From Zootoca vivipara (Eukaryota), in contig NC_083276.1 of NCBI RefSeq assembly GCF_963506605.1, positions 39,184,001 to 39,248,000 of the forward strand: 64,000 nt of DNA, read 5' to 3'. The position numbers and the translations under genes are program-made. The notes under the pieces are model-generated. The model was not told the origin of the DNA. It searched no databases and saw nothing but the letters and a program-made list of their open reading frames with translations. This document shows positions 1 to 12,952 of this stretch, one piece after another (positions within the stretch are counted from its first letter, which is position 1; every line of letters begins with the position of its first letter).

Positions 1-380
1 AATTGATGCTTTTGAATTATGGTGCTGGAGGAGACTCTTGAGAGTCCCATGGACTGCTAGAAGATCAAACCTATCCATTCTTAAGGAAATCAGCCCTGAG
101 TGCTCCCTGGAAGGACAGATCGTGAAGCTGAGGCTCCAATACTTTGGCCACCTCATGAGAAGAGAAGAATCCTTGGAAAAGACCCTGATGTTGGGAAAGA
201 TGGAGGGCACTAGGAGAAGGGGACGACAGAGGACGAGATGGTTGTACAGTGTTCTCGAAGCTACGAACATGAGTTTGACCAAACTGCGGGAGGCAGTGCA
301 AGACAGGAGTGCCTGGCGTGCTATGGTCCATGGGGTCACGAAGAGTCGGACACGACTAAACGACTAAACAACAACAACAA
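1..380 (+). mobile_element. Bov-B (RTE clade) LINE 3' end, young subfamily; continues beyond window start
   Basis: ORF 38-367 encodes the Bov-B C-terminus (LRLQYFGHLMRR...KTLMLGK.EG.RRRGRQR.RW...VHGVTKSRTRL), followed by a (CAA)n tail. Confidence 0.95.
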
Positions 381-382
381 TG

Positions 383-729
383 TAAAGGTAAAGGTAAAGG
401 GACCCCTGACCATTAGGTCCAGTCGTGACCGACTCTGGGGTTGCGCGCTCATCTCACATTATTGGCCGAGGGAGCCGGCGTATAGCTTCCAGGTCATGTG
501 GCCAGCATGACAAAGCCGCTTCTGGCAAACCAGAGCAGCACATGGAAACACCGTTTACCTTCCCGCTGTAGCGGTACCTATTTATCTACTTGTACTTTGC
601 TGTGCTTTCGAACTGCTAGGTTGGCAGGAGCTGGGACCGAGCAACGGGAGCTCACCCTGTCACAGGGATTCGAACCACTGACCTTCTGATCAGCAAGCCC
701 TAGGCTCAGTGGTTTAACCCACAGAGCCA
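383..729 (-). mobile_element. Sauria SINE, young subfamily
   Basis: (ACCTTT)n tail, body and tRNA-like head match the other copies in the window; CAATGTAA is repeated on both flanks (probable TSD). Confidence 0.93.
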
Positions 730-730
730 A

Positions 731-1330
731 TGTAACTGCATTCAAATCAGTAAAGCTCATGCAATCACACCATTGTTTATTCAGAAGAATGCTTGTACAT
801 TGTGGATCAGTGTCTTGGTCTGGGGAGGGGCACAGGGACAGTTGCCCTGAATGCAAAATTGTTCGGGACACAAAAGTTCAACACCTGGTGCTGCCTCAAT
901 AAAGCTGTGCGCTTCTGTTGCTGGGCTCCATTGAAAACATCTTCTCCATGTGAACCAGGAAGTGACCCTTCCAGACAACAGAACGACTCTTTTCTTATCT
1001 CTGGGTGATGCGGAGATGTCACCAGGCTGCTGAATATGCATGCGTACTTCGTCCATTTCCCTCCCATCCACCGGCGCCATGGTGCAAAGATCCCTACGGC
1101 GCCCCCCTTTCACAGAGTTGTCAACCTTTTTCTTAGGGCTGGAGGAGGTAGGCAGTGGCTGGAGGGCGGCTCCTCCGGCGGGGAAGTGGTGGAGGCTGGA
1201 CACGGCATCTCCTGGCTCGGCTGGCTGCTTTGTGCCGCAGGGCCATGGCAGGCAGCACACCGAGCGAGAGGACCTGCACCGAGCGATTAAGGGAGCGTGC
1301 ACCACTCCCACCAAGCGCCGGCATGGTTTT
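731..1330 (-). mobile_element. Probable LTR retrotransposon 3' remnant: internal tail + polypurine tract + LTR (731-1098)
   Basis: On the minus strand: a Pro-rich frame ending RKRLTTL*, then GAAAGGGGGG (1102-1111), then a ~370 bp segment starting (T/C)GTA and ending TTACA with AATAAA ~45 nt before its end. Confidence 0.45.
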
Positions 1331-2027
1331 TTCCTAGCCCTACCTAGCCCTACCTGGAGTTGCCAAGAATTGAACCTGGAACCTGATTTCACAAATGAAT
1401 GCACCTGGTGTGGAACAAAGTGAAAATTTCACAATACTGTACTTTAGGATTACAAGAATAATTCAGGACTTGTATACCTCCAGATTGCTTTATTTCAGAT
1501 TCTTACATGTGGAACCCATTCTTTTGGCGAATTGAAGACCGTGGTTCATGTCTCCTCCATATTTCATCTCATTTGGGTGGGGAAATGGGCTTATTTTGTC
1601 CATTGTCTTGAATGTTAAACATGCATTTTTAAAACAGAGCAAAAATGCAAAAATGAAAAAGTCTGAAAAGACCACATTGTGTGCATCTGTGGTGAAAAAG
1701 ACACTCAAATTTGTAGTCTAAATTCATAGTGATCTTCTAGTCTGTGGGAGACTCTTTCAAGAAATACATCAAACATTTAGTGTCCTTTGTAACAAAGGGC
1801 TGGCTTAAGCTTGAACATAGTAAAATACATTTTTATTAATAGTTAATATCTTTCTGTTCATCTGCATTCATGTGAATGAATTTCATTTGTGAGTGAAGGT
1901 AAGTCTTATTCCTGACACAGAATGCATACTGGACATTTACCAAGATTTGTATAGAACAAAATACTGTTTGCACAACCTAGTTTTAAATCAGATAGCTACA
2001 GCTATCTCACAATCACTTGACTGTATG

Positions 2028-2137
2028 GAGTGCTTTTTTTTCTGGGGGTATGCATACCCCTAAACATTTTGTGAATCTAAGTTTGGCCTCATTGAGGGGC
2101 AGTATTTCAATATCTTTTTTAAAGGAAAAAAGCACTG
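2028..2137. mobile_element. Short hAT-like MITE
   Basis: Terminal inverted repeats AGTGCTTTTTT / AAAAAAGCACT; no clean TSD. Confidence 0.5.
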
Positions 2138-3372
2138 GTCATATGAGACAAATTATAAATCAGGTGAGCAGATTTGTTATCATGCAAAATCTGTTCTTGT
2201 TGGTGGCATTTTTTGTACTTAGAGTTCACTAATTTTTAAAGCTCAGCAACATTTAGCCACAAAGCAGATCATTTGGCATCGCAGCCATGATGATATAAAC
2301 TTGTGAATTAACCCTAACACATTTCCTTGCTTCAGAGTTTCATATGACTCTACAGATGACTTCCCCACTCATGTTAGAGTAGGGGAGGGAGGGAGAATCC
2401 AGGAAAGTGAATGAAAACATATTTGTGAAAATGTCTAAAATTGTTAAATTTACAGGGTGATAGCCAGCTAAACCCCCCACTCTTTAAGATGATGACCCCT
2501 GAAATTTGGACAGGTGGCTCTCTGGTCCATGGACACAAATGACCCTGCCCAAATACTTCCAAAGAAGAGTGCAGCATTTCTCTCCAAACCGGGTTGCTCA
2601 GGTGGGGGGCGTGGGGGGGGGGGCGGTGCAGGTGTTGACTGGGCTCAGTCCCTGCAGTAGCTTTAAGTAGTGCTCAGATCCAGAATTCGTCCCATGTATT
2701 TTTGTTTCACAATTCCAGGGAAAGATTCATTGCAAAAATGCATTGTCCATGCCAATTTCTACTTTAATATTGACATTTATGAGCATTCTCAGAAATGTAA
2801 AAGCTTTACTAGCAAAAATTCCCAGCTTCTTCTTCGTTTAACTTCTGTATATTACATTTTGAGAAGTGGTCCTGCAAGTCATTGATAGGTGAAATAAAGC
2901 ATTTATCTTTTCAGCTACACTGAATTATTGCCCCTTTGCTCATATTTGTTTGCTGATTAAGCTGTTTAGCATGGAAATACAGAATGTACAGTTAATATCC
3001 TTCCTTCTAACATAAATTGCAGGTGACAAAAACTGGGGAGGGACTGCAAATATTTTAGAAGGTACATTAAGAAGCCAACGTGATCTTAAAAAAACAGAGT
3101 AGGGTACAGCTGGTAGCAATAACATGAAATCCAAAAAGGACAAATATAATATGTGACCAAGAGCACAAATACAACAAACTAGGCCCGGTAAAATTGGGAT
3201 GTCCTGCTTCAATTGGGATGGTTGAGGGGTATGATTTATGGCACTCTGAACTGGGCCTGGAAACTAATTGTAAAACAGTGCAGTTGGGCCAGGATTGGGG
3301 TTATAGGCTCCAACTGTCTTGCCCTGGTGAGAAACCCGGCTACGTCTTCGGAGGTGGCCCCACATATAACAT

Positions 3373-3935
3373 GTTGTTGTTGTTGTTGTTGTTATTAATT
3401 TATTTATACCCCGCCCATCTGGCTGGGTTTCCCCCACCACTCTGGGCGGCTTCCAGCAAATACCAAAATACATTAAAATATCACAGATTAAAAACTTCCC
3501 TAAACTGCCTTTAGGTGTTTTCTAAATGTCAGATAGTTGTTTATCTCTCTGACCTCTGATGGGAGAGCGTTCCATAAGGCGGGTGCCACTACCGAAAAGG
3601 CCCTCTGCCTGGTTCCCTGTAGCTTTGCTTCTCGCAGTGAGGGAACCGCCGGAAGGCACTCGGCGCTGGATCTCAGTGTCCGGGCAGAACGATGGGGGTG
3701 GAGATGCTCCTTCAGGTATACAGGACCAAGGCCGTTTAGAACTTTAAAGGTCAGCACCAACACTTTGAATTGTGCTCGGAAACGTACTGGGAGCCAATGT
3801 AGGTCTCTTAGGACCGGTGTTATGTGGTCTCGGCGGCCACTCCCAGTCACCAGTCTAGCTGCCGCATTCTGGATTAATTGCAGTTTCCGGGTCACCTTCA
3901 AAGGTAGCCCCACGTAGAGCGCATTGCAATAGTCC
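3373..3935 (-). mobile_element. L2-clade LINE 3' end (ORF2 C-terminus + 3'UTR)
   Basis: DYCNALYVGLP...KLQLIQNAAARLV...HITPVLRDLHWLPV..R..FKVL...RAFSVVAP.LWNALP motifs; simple-repeat tail. Confidence 0.93.
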
Positions 3936-4196
3936 TGCAACTCATTGTTGCAGCAATCTAACCTAGAGGGCAGATAAAATCCTTTTGGTATCATGGTGTG
4001 AGGGACCTTTGGGAGCACTTAGTAAAACAATTCAGGGGGCACAAAAAACTGTTCAGCATCATGGCTTCACAGAGGAGATTGCACAGTAGTAGTCAAATAC
4101 AATATATATAGCTCAGAGTTTAGCCATCCCTGCATTAGGCTGAATGTTAAATTAGATATAAGACAGACTAGCAAGAAGCCCTGACTACATCACTCT

Positions 4197-4369
4197 GTTG
4201 TTGTTTAGTTGTTTAGTCGTGTCCGACTCTTCATGACCCCATGGACCAGAGCACGCCAGGCACTCCTGTCTTCCACTGCCTCCTGCAGTTTGGTCAGACT
4301 CATGTTGGTAGCTTTGAGAACACTGTCCAACCATCTCGTCCTCTGTCGCCCCCTTCTCCTTGTGCCCTC
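4197..4369 (-). mobile_element. Bov-B 3' fragment, older subfamily
   Basis: Reverse complement of the Bov-B terminus with (CAA)n tail. Confidence 0.9.
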
Positions 4370-6419
4370 TACCACCTCCCATTCCAGTCCAAAGAGCCTT
4401 CCAACTACTTCTCAGGAGGTGCAACAGTTGAGAATAAGGGAAACCAGTGATCCTCTGACCCCAAGCCACTTGCCATACAAGCAAAATCGTACAGTTAAAG
4501 ATCTCCATATTATCTAGTGTACACGCTAAGCACTCCTGCCAGCATACTCATTTGTATGGAAACAGCAGATTTTCTCATAGGCCATGGAAATAAACAAGGA
4601 CGCCTTTGTGGACAGGGGAGTTCCTTTTGTGCTGTGGAGGTCATGTGCTTGTATAAAAACAACTGGATTCAAGTGACAACCTAAAGAACTCGAGTAGCTC
4701 ATATTGGAGCCATACAATTGGATAAAGGATGCCATTTTAATAGGAACATTAAATGATGGTTTATCTAAAGGTATAATTTCAGCCAAAGCCTCCTTACATT
4801 TTTCAGTATTTGCTGCTCTTGGTTTTGATTTCTATCTGCCACAATCGCTAACAGAAATTAGGTTGCAGCTAGCTGAGCCAGAAACTCAGAAAGGATGTGA
4901 CTTTTTCTTTCAAAAGTCGCAATTTATAGCTACAGGGTCTATTCTTCTTTCAAAGAGCACATATTACATTAATTAAGGGTAACGGGAATGACAGGTCTGT
5001 ACGGAAGAAGCTTAAGGTTTCATAGAAATAATCTTTAGCAACAAAAATAGCAGGGAAGGAAGCGAATGTGGCCTCAGAAGTCTAAGACACTATATGTAAT
5101 TCCACTGGTGTAAAGGGCATTATTCAAACATGTAAAGATAAACACAGGAGTACGTACTTCATTGAATTGGGAGCTGACTGCAAAATACAGATAAATCATT
5201 CTTAGTAAAGATAACAATTTTAAAAAGCTTTACCCTATTGGACAATATTTTTTCCTCTATTTTAGGGCACACCCACGATGTAAATATTTTGTGGAAGGGA
5301 TTCAAGCACATACAGGCAAAACTTTCGTTTCAATCCAGTCCTGATTTTCCTTGAAGAATTTCCAATGGACACTCATCAAACACAACCCAGTCAGTCTATC
5401 CTCTCCTATTGTACTTCTGAGCCAGGTCTTTACCCTTTAAAATTTAATTTTCTACAGAAATTACTTAACTTACCTTTTTGGAACCAGTTTCTTGTATCCA
5501 TTTAGGCGGCCTCGATGTCTTCTAAATGTAAATAAGAAGGTAAACTAATAGCGGGCGGCTCAGTTTAGTGACGCGGAACTTACTAGACCCCTCTAGAAGA
5601 TTCCCTCTTCTCTCTGCTGGAGCCCGCTAGAGACCTCTCCCTCCCTTGAATCCCAATGGCTGGCTGACATAGATTCCTCTACTAGTCGCTAGGTGGCTCT
5701 AGATACTTCTCGGTTTTTACACCATTTCAGTGTGGTAAACAACTGATTATTCACCATCGCCCTACCTAATTTTGTTTTGTTTCATCACTTTATAACCATT
5801 TAGTTTTTTGTTTTGTTTTTTGCTTCTGGGGGGGCAGCTGCCCCCCCCTGCCCCTTGCTGGGTACACCCATGGAACTGATTGTTTGCAATTAGGAAAGCG
5901 TTGGGGAAGTACACTGAACATCATAGAATGAATGAATAATGGAAATATGTACAAACACCCACAAGGAAATCAGGATGAATGTAGGAAAAATGCTCACTGC
6001 TGCGTAACTTCCCCGCAAACGAAGAAGAGCAAATGCTCCGTAAAGCCCAGATATAGTATAAGCTCTGCATAAGCTTTGTGCCAGTAAGAAACAGGACGAA
6101 TGCTCAATAAACAGATCATCGGGAGTCGCCCTTCATTTGATCACAATATGATACGATTCTGGTTTTATTGTTCATATTTTAGTGCAGTGGGACATACACA
6201 TTTATTATTCTTACGCATTTGATTCTGTATTTTGGATTTCAAACATTTGATAACTTTTTGTATTTTAATATTTTGTTAGTCACTTTGAGGTGTTTTTTTT
6301 TGGGGGGGGACCCTGTGAACAAATGTAATAAATAATAATAAGAGCATACAGTGGTAGCAGAGTTTTCCACAACAGTGGGCCAATATCACTAAAGGAAGGC
6401 TTAGTTTCTAGCTGTCAAA

Positions 6420-6731
6420 TGAGCCTCACCAACTCAGGAAATGACCAATGATGGTCCTGCAGATGATCTTGGCGATCAAACTGGGATATAAGGATTCAGA
6501 CAGTCCCTAAGGTATACTGGACCTAAGTTGTCCTGGGCTCTATAAATTAATACAAGGACCTTGAAGCTGGCTGAGCAGTAGATGGGTAGCCAGTGCAGAT
6601 GTTTCAGCAATGGTGTTATATGTTCTCAACTCGAAGCTCCCATCAGCCATCTGGTTGCCATATTCTGCACCAGCTGAAGCTTCTGAACCAGACCCAAGGG
6701 AAGCCCTGCATAGAACACATTACAGTAATCC
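6420..6731 (-). mobile_element. Old L2 LINE fragment
   Basis: Degenerate DYCN..YAGLP...QKLQLVQN motif on the minus strand. Confidence 0.75.
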
Positions 6732-7478
6732 ATCTTATACCGCTTTCAATGTGTGCAAAGTATGGAAGTCTCAGACTGCTTAATACAATGGGATTTCTGA
6801 GCAAACATGCCTAGGATTGCACTTGACGTACTTTTGCAGATGACCTCCACTGTTTCTGTGTTGCTACTTCTGCGCCAAAGTTTTATTTAATATAGTCTTG
6901 TGGGAGTTAAAACTTTAAAAAAAAAATCCTTGCATAAATTATTTAATGTGCTCATTTTGGAAACTAGTGGTAATTACGATGACTAGTTAATTATAGCTTC
7001 TTCAGAACTTGACAACAATTCTAATAATGCAATTGAAGAGGTGTGTGCAGTTGATCTTAATTGGAGGAGATGACATTATTTACCAGAATAAGTGATGGTA
7101 CATAATCTCACATTCCTAATTATCAGTGACGAACCAACATCAAAAGAAGTGGAGGCTTCACTCTTTCAGCTGAAGGCCCCAAATATTATTTATCTTCTGC
7201 ATGTCTGAGTTATTCAGATTTTGTGTTAAGTACAGCAGACAGGTCAACATTCTGTCTACTTAGTGAACATTTCTTAGCTCGTTACAATAATCTAATTGTA
7301 ATTCGCACTCAACAGACAGATGTATTTAAATGGCCCAATAAATGCTCGGCTGTTTTACTGACCCAGGAACTGCCTTCAAGGCTTTGTACTCCAGCATCAT
7401 GCACCAGAGCAGGAGTGGCCAACCCACAGCACTGCGCCGGATGTTGTCGAACTCCTATCAGTCCCCCAAAACATGGGC

Positions 7479-7686
7479 TATTTATTTAATTAATTGTATT
7501 TATTCATTTATTTATTAAATTTCTATACCGTCTTTCATCAGAAGATCACAGGGCAGTTCACGACATAAAAATACAAAAGGAGAACACAAAATACACAATA
7601 AACCAAAAACACAAACACACCAATAACCCCTTATCCCAAAAACACATTTCAAAGGCCATAGAATGTTAATCAGCCAAAGGCTAGTT
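7479..7686 (-). mobile_element. L2-type 3'UTR/tail fragment
   Basis: Similar to the copies at 26247-26458 and 57908-58145. Confidence 0.6.
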
Positions 7687-7699
7687 TGATCTGGGGGTT

Positions 7700-7820
7700 G
7701 TTACTGCCTCTCAGCTTCGCAGAGTTCTTGTGAGGTTAAAATGGATGGAGGAACCATGTACGACGTACGCCATCTTGATCTTCTTGGAGGAAAGTTGGGA
7801 TATAAATGTAATAATAAATA
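7700..7820 (+). mobile_element. Old CORE/MIR-like SINE 3' part
   Basis: TTGTGAGG core motif and L2-like tail ending ATAAATGTAATAATAAATA. Confidence 0.45.
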
Positions 7821-9290
7821 TTTGGCCATATGTTGGCTTATGGACTAAGAGGAACAGGTAGCATGGTGGGCAAACGTGATAAGTAAATGAGCACTGTACA
7901 TTTATGGTCTCCATGAAGCATCAGGATGGACTCTTGGCAAATAAAAGCTCTGGATCTGAAAGCCTACTGACATAATCCAGCTCAAGTTACACCATTTTAA
8001 ATTCAAGTGGGTTGATTGCACTGAAGGAGATGCAAGTACGTACTTAAGACTTCCACCGAAATCAATGTGGCTTTACAATGTTTACTTTTGAATGAATCAT
8101 GCCCTATACTTCCACTGCATTATTCAAATAGGAGGTTTAAAACAAGTGTTCTCTTTCACTGTAGAAGGATACGATAGCTTGTGGACAGTAGCCGTGTCCC
8201 TGATTATGAAATTGCCACATCTGATCTACATAAAGGCTTGTACAGCTCCCACCCAGTATTGTAGCTCTTTATGGGATGTTATTGCTATGATTTAGAAACA
8301 TTTCAAACATCTTTAGCACTGCTGTAATTTTCTCTCTCCCAAAAGCCATAGATTAAAGTCGGATCAATGAGACAGTGAATGGGGGTACTTTCCAGGTCCG
8401 ATTACATTTTCAGGAGGGTATCGTATTTAATTATCTTGCAGCAATTATGCTTTCCTCTTTGTTTAATGCTCCCGTGAATGTAAGGTCCATGTCCGGAACT
8501 CACACAAGTGTCCTTCATGACTAATGGGCTAAATTAAAGACCCAGTGATGAGTTTCAGCATGTTTTGAATCCATTCCAAGAGAGTATCTATATTTTAGTA
8601 GGTGATAGCAACTGACATAATCCTTGTCATTGATTTTACAGGTTGAGTTTGTATCATAATATATTGACACCATACTTTATTCAAGACTTGCTCCGGGGTG
8701 TAGCTGCATTCAGCATTGAATAACAGGCTAATAAAAACGGTAGTAGAAAGAGCTTTATGACCCTCCATTGACTTGTGTTTTACATCATATTATCTTATTG
8801 CTGACATCTGAATTAAAGGTTAACAAACACTATTTAATGGGTTGTCTGGAAGAACATACACCACATGAACATACATTACCTAGCAATGCCTATCAGATAT
8901 TGTACTGTACATGCATTGGCGAAGGAGCATAAAATGTTACATTCCATTGGAAAAGGCATAACGAAATGTATCTCTCCCGTTATACCAGTCTATCATCATT
9001 TTAACAGTGTCATTAACTTCTACAGTGTCTCACAGAGGTTTTGTGTGTCTTTCAAAATTAGCAACAGATACAGTTATGCAAAAGCTAACCAATGCAAAAT
9101 TTGGAAAAGAAGTGCAGAAAGATGGCATCTTTCAGATTTGTAAATAACAAAAGGGTACTCACTGGGGGGTAAATGAGACCACTATGAAAAGCAAGCTAAA
9201 TAAATAAATAAAAGAATGTGGGTGGGGAGAAGAAAAGGAATTAAAATATTTGCTCTGCCAAAAATAAATGAAGTTCAGTGATAAAAAATG

Positions 9291-9485
9291 TACTAACCTT
9301 ATAAAAATATAAATTATTTCTCTCTCTCCCTCTCCGGTAATTATCAGGAAATATGGTTTATCATACTATAAAAAGCACTGACCCTATAAAAATATACTAA
9401 AATATTTCACTGTCTATAGTAATTATCAGGAAATATGTTTCACAATTGAACAAAACGTACTAACCCTATTAAAAATACACTAAAT
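9291..9485. repeat. Degenerate ~83-bp tandem repeat (~2.4 units)
   Basis: ACT(A/G)ACC..TAAAAATA recurs at ~9291, ~9376 and ~9458; GTAATTATCAGGAAATATG occurs twice. Confidence 0.65.
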
Positions 9486-10540
9486 TCTTATTATATCTGT
9501 AGCACACACACGCATATTTAAAAATACAATAAATTTGGCTACGGAGAGAAAACTTTTGAAAATACAACTTCTGTGTTCCAAGTGGCTGGAGTTACTTTTA
9601 TTCCCCCCCCCCCCAAAAAAAACCGGCTATGAGAGAACAGCTATGAAATGCTCTGCTCTGCAGTAAATAGGGGGTGGTAACTGTTGATGATATGCAAAAA
9701 AGCCAGTAAATTTGAAATGGCATTATTTATGATTTTCTTCTTCAATTTAATGTTAGCTTATCATTCTGAAGGAGTATTAGCTTTTTTAAAAGAGGACTCT
9801 TTTTTTATAAAAAACAACAACCAAACAAACATGTGCTTAATCCACTCTCCTTTTAAATCAGATTTCAAAATATATAAAACATCAACTTGGTGCCCTCTAG
9901 ATGCTCTGGACTAGAACTCTCATTGGCCACAGTCACCATGGGGTTGATGGGAACTGGGGGTGATAGGAACTGTACCCCAAAGTGCCTGGAGAGCCCCAGG
10001 CCGGGGAAGACCAATGCCAAGCAAGCAACAATTTTTTGTTGCAAACCAAATGACAATTATAACCTTTTGATTATTTTCTACCAAAATAGAAAACATGCAG
10101 TAGGGGGTACATTCGAAACACACTTAAAAAGCTCTGGGTGGCATGTTCTGTGCGCTTCTGTGTGAAACTGACCAATTTGGAATAGTGCACTTTCTGCCTC
10201 TCATATGTGAGGGTTAAGTGATATCAACTTTCAGCAACTCGATCAGGGAGTTGACACAGGAAAAATATAGTATTCCCACTTTAGCTTTTATTTCCTTATT
10301 ATGCTCTCTGTTTACTAGTCCCATGCCATTATTTCCAGCATGCAAAAAGAAATTGCCTGCAAAAAAGGAGGTCAGGATGAGAAATTTGAATAAATTTTCT
10401 TGCTCCTCTCTTAAAATCTTTATGAGATGGCCATGTGGTCACTATTTTTGCTATTAAAATACTGTTGTTTGATGCATTCCCCCCCCCCTCAAACCAGCTT
10501 CACTCCAACTAGAAAGCTGAATGTGGATTAAGCAGTAAAG

Positions 10541-10677
10541 CAGGCATCCCCAAACTGCGGCCCTCCAGATGTTTTGGCCTACAACTCCCATGATCCCTGG
10601 CTAACAGGACCAGTGGTCAGGGATGATGGGAATTGTAGTCCCAAAACATCTGGAGGGCCGAAGTTTGGGGATGCCTG
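10541..10677. mobile_element. Palindromic hAT MITE
   Basis: TIR CAGGCATCCCCAAACT; long internal arms; perfect 8-bp TSD CAGTAAAG. Confidence 0.92.
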
Positions 10678-11131
10678 CAGTAAAGTGAACATTTGAGGCA
10701 GTCATTGTGAAAGCACAGGTGAGTGTGCATACACAAGATAACAGATTCACGAATAAGAGTCGCAGGGGCAGGAAAGCTAAAAAATAGTCATGTGCATCAG
10801 CTGAAAACATTCCCAACCCATTGGGTGTGAAGAACGTGACACAAATGCAGCTTGAAATGCATTGTGAGGTAAAGGACCTCACTGTGTTTTAAGCGTACCT
10901 TCAGAGTGTCTACCTGAGATACTGTAGGTGAAGATGCCCACAGTGCTTGTACATTATTTTGCCAAAGAATGAACCCAATATGCCTCTCATAATCAACTCA
11001 TACAACAGCTGGCTTCCTTGTCCCAGCAGCAATATATTATAAAGGGAGCAGAATGTGTTCCAAGGGAAGGCATGAGCCTCTCTCCATGCCCTACTTATTC
11101 TGAGGATTCAAGTTAGCACTCCAGAAGGGAT

Positions 11132-11248
11132 GGGCCATAGGCAGAGCATCCTGTTTGCATGTACAGTAGAAGGTCCCAGGTTCATTCCCCAGCATCTCCA
11201 CATACAAGCATATGAAAACCCTGGAGAGCAGCTGTTGGTCAGTGTAGA
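11132..11248 (+). mobile_element. tRNA-derived, CR1-tailed SINE, 5' part (disrupted)
   Basis: Matches the copy at 45933; its tail appears inverted at ~11370-11395. Confidence 0.65.
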
Positions 11249-11459
11249 GTATGCAACTGACGCTGTCTCTGTTCACAGGATTTGCAATGCTGCCTATTCC
11301 TAAAATATCCTGGGTAAGGGATTGCTTCCATATGGAGCCACAGAATCTCCCTTGCGTCTCCAGCAGCCATGAATATAGGAAACTGCCTTATAGTGAATTA
11401 GTATAAGGATCTCTGTATGAGTTGGGTGATCACTCGTAGCCGAGTAAGATTGTCTTAAC

Positions 11460-11788
11460 CATGGTAGGCAAACTAAGGCCTGGGGGCCGGATCCGGCCCA
11501 ATCGCCTTCTAAATTCGGCCTGCGGATAGTCCGGGAATCAGCATGAGTAGAATGTGTCCTTTTACTTAAAATGCATCTCTGGGTTATTTGTGGGGCCTGG
11601 CTGGTGTTTTTACATGAGTACATGAGTAGAATGTCTGCTTTTATTTAAAATGAATCACTGGGTTATTTGTGGGGCATAGGAATTCGATCATATTTCCCCG
11701 CCCCAAATATATATATATACAGTCCGGTCCCCCACAAGGTCTGAGAGACGGTGGACCGGCCCCCTGCTAAAAAAATTGCTGATCCCTG
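11460..11788. mobile_element. hAT (Charlie-like) non-autonomous element with internal ~55-bp duplication
   Basis: Same family as 25502-25741; CATGAGTAGAATG...TTTGTGGGGC is present twice. Confidence 0.8.
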
Positions 11789-12897
11789 GTGTAGATGGAC
11801 CTGATTCATACAAAGATCCTTTTAGGAATAGGCAGCATTGCTAATCCTGTGAACAGAGACAGTGTCAGTTGCATACTCCCGTTGTACCATAAAATGTTTG
11901 TGGAGTCCGTGCCCTTAGCCAAACATCAAGCACATTTCTGCAAGGCTATTGACTGGACTTACTTACGGCTTTACTTATGGCTATTGAAAAAGTAATCATT
12001 TTGTCGAATGCCATGCAAGCATGTAAAATGGCAGTGACCACAAAATATATGGAGATAAATTATGTTTTTATTTTTATTATCATGTGTTATTATTCAATTC
12101 ATCATATGTAGATAGCCCCATAAAGAAGCACGTATATCTTCCCTTTCCTTGCCAGCTAAGTGACGTCAGCTGTAATGCAGTGCTCTGTTGAGGATTTGGC
12201 AACACAATCAATACTTAAGTAATTTATGATCAGCTTCAAATAATCATATCCTATTGATTGACGTGCCAAATGCTTGGCAGCTCAAGAAATTATGGGTCAT
12301 GCAAATTGCTAGCTTCCCACAAGTTCAATTAAGAATCTTTATGTTGATGTAATTAAAACAGCAGTGGCATCTGAAATTTATCAAACAAATGATAGACCTA
12401 GGGAAGATAGCCTACTAAAGTGGTAAAGAGAACTTTATGAATACAAATTGTAAGCATTTATCCTCAATCCATTACTGAACTGGGGGAAAACATAAATGTA
12501 CTTGATAATTCTATTTTCTCATTTCCCATAAGAGCTGAATATTTTTAATTCATTGATTCTGACTTGTCAGATACAACTGATTCAAGTATTGCCTGTAAAT
12601 AGGTTCAAACCAGATCCAAGCTACCAAGTCGCGGTGCAGTGAACACTCCATTCACTTCAATAAGTCTTGTAGACACTGATGATGCTACTGAATTAAGTAG
12701 AGCAGCCATGATTTATGGCAGTGAACCATGTCTGATAACTGAAAAGCAACAATTTTCTTTAAAAGGTCCTGGGAAATGTGTTTAGAAATCCTGAATGTGG
12801 TGCCAAGCATAGATAGATTGTGCCCTCCACTTACCAGTACAGAAGACAATGTACTGGAAACCTTAGACAGCAAAATCAACAAGTTCTATAAATAAAG

Positions 12898-12900
<3 letters not shown>

Positions 12901-12949
<49 letters not shown>
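12901..12949. repeat. (CT)n microsatellite
   Basis: Direct observation. Confidence 0.97.

Positions 12950-12952
<3 letters not shown>

Noticed and set aside
781-1404. 207-aa ORF as a host gene
   Set aside because: No recognisable domain; better explained as an LTR-element remnant
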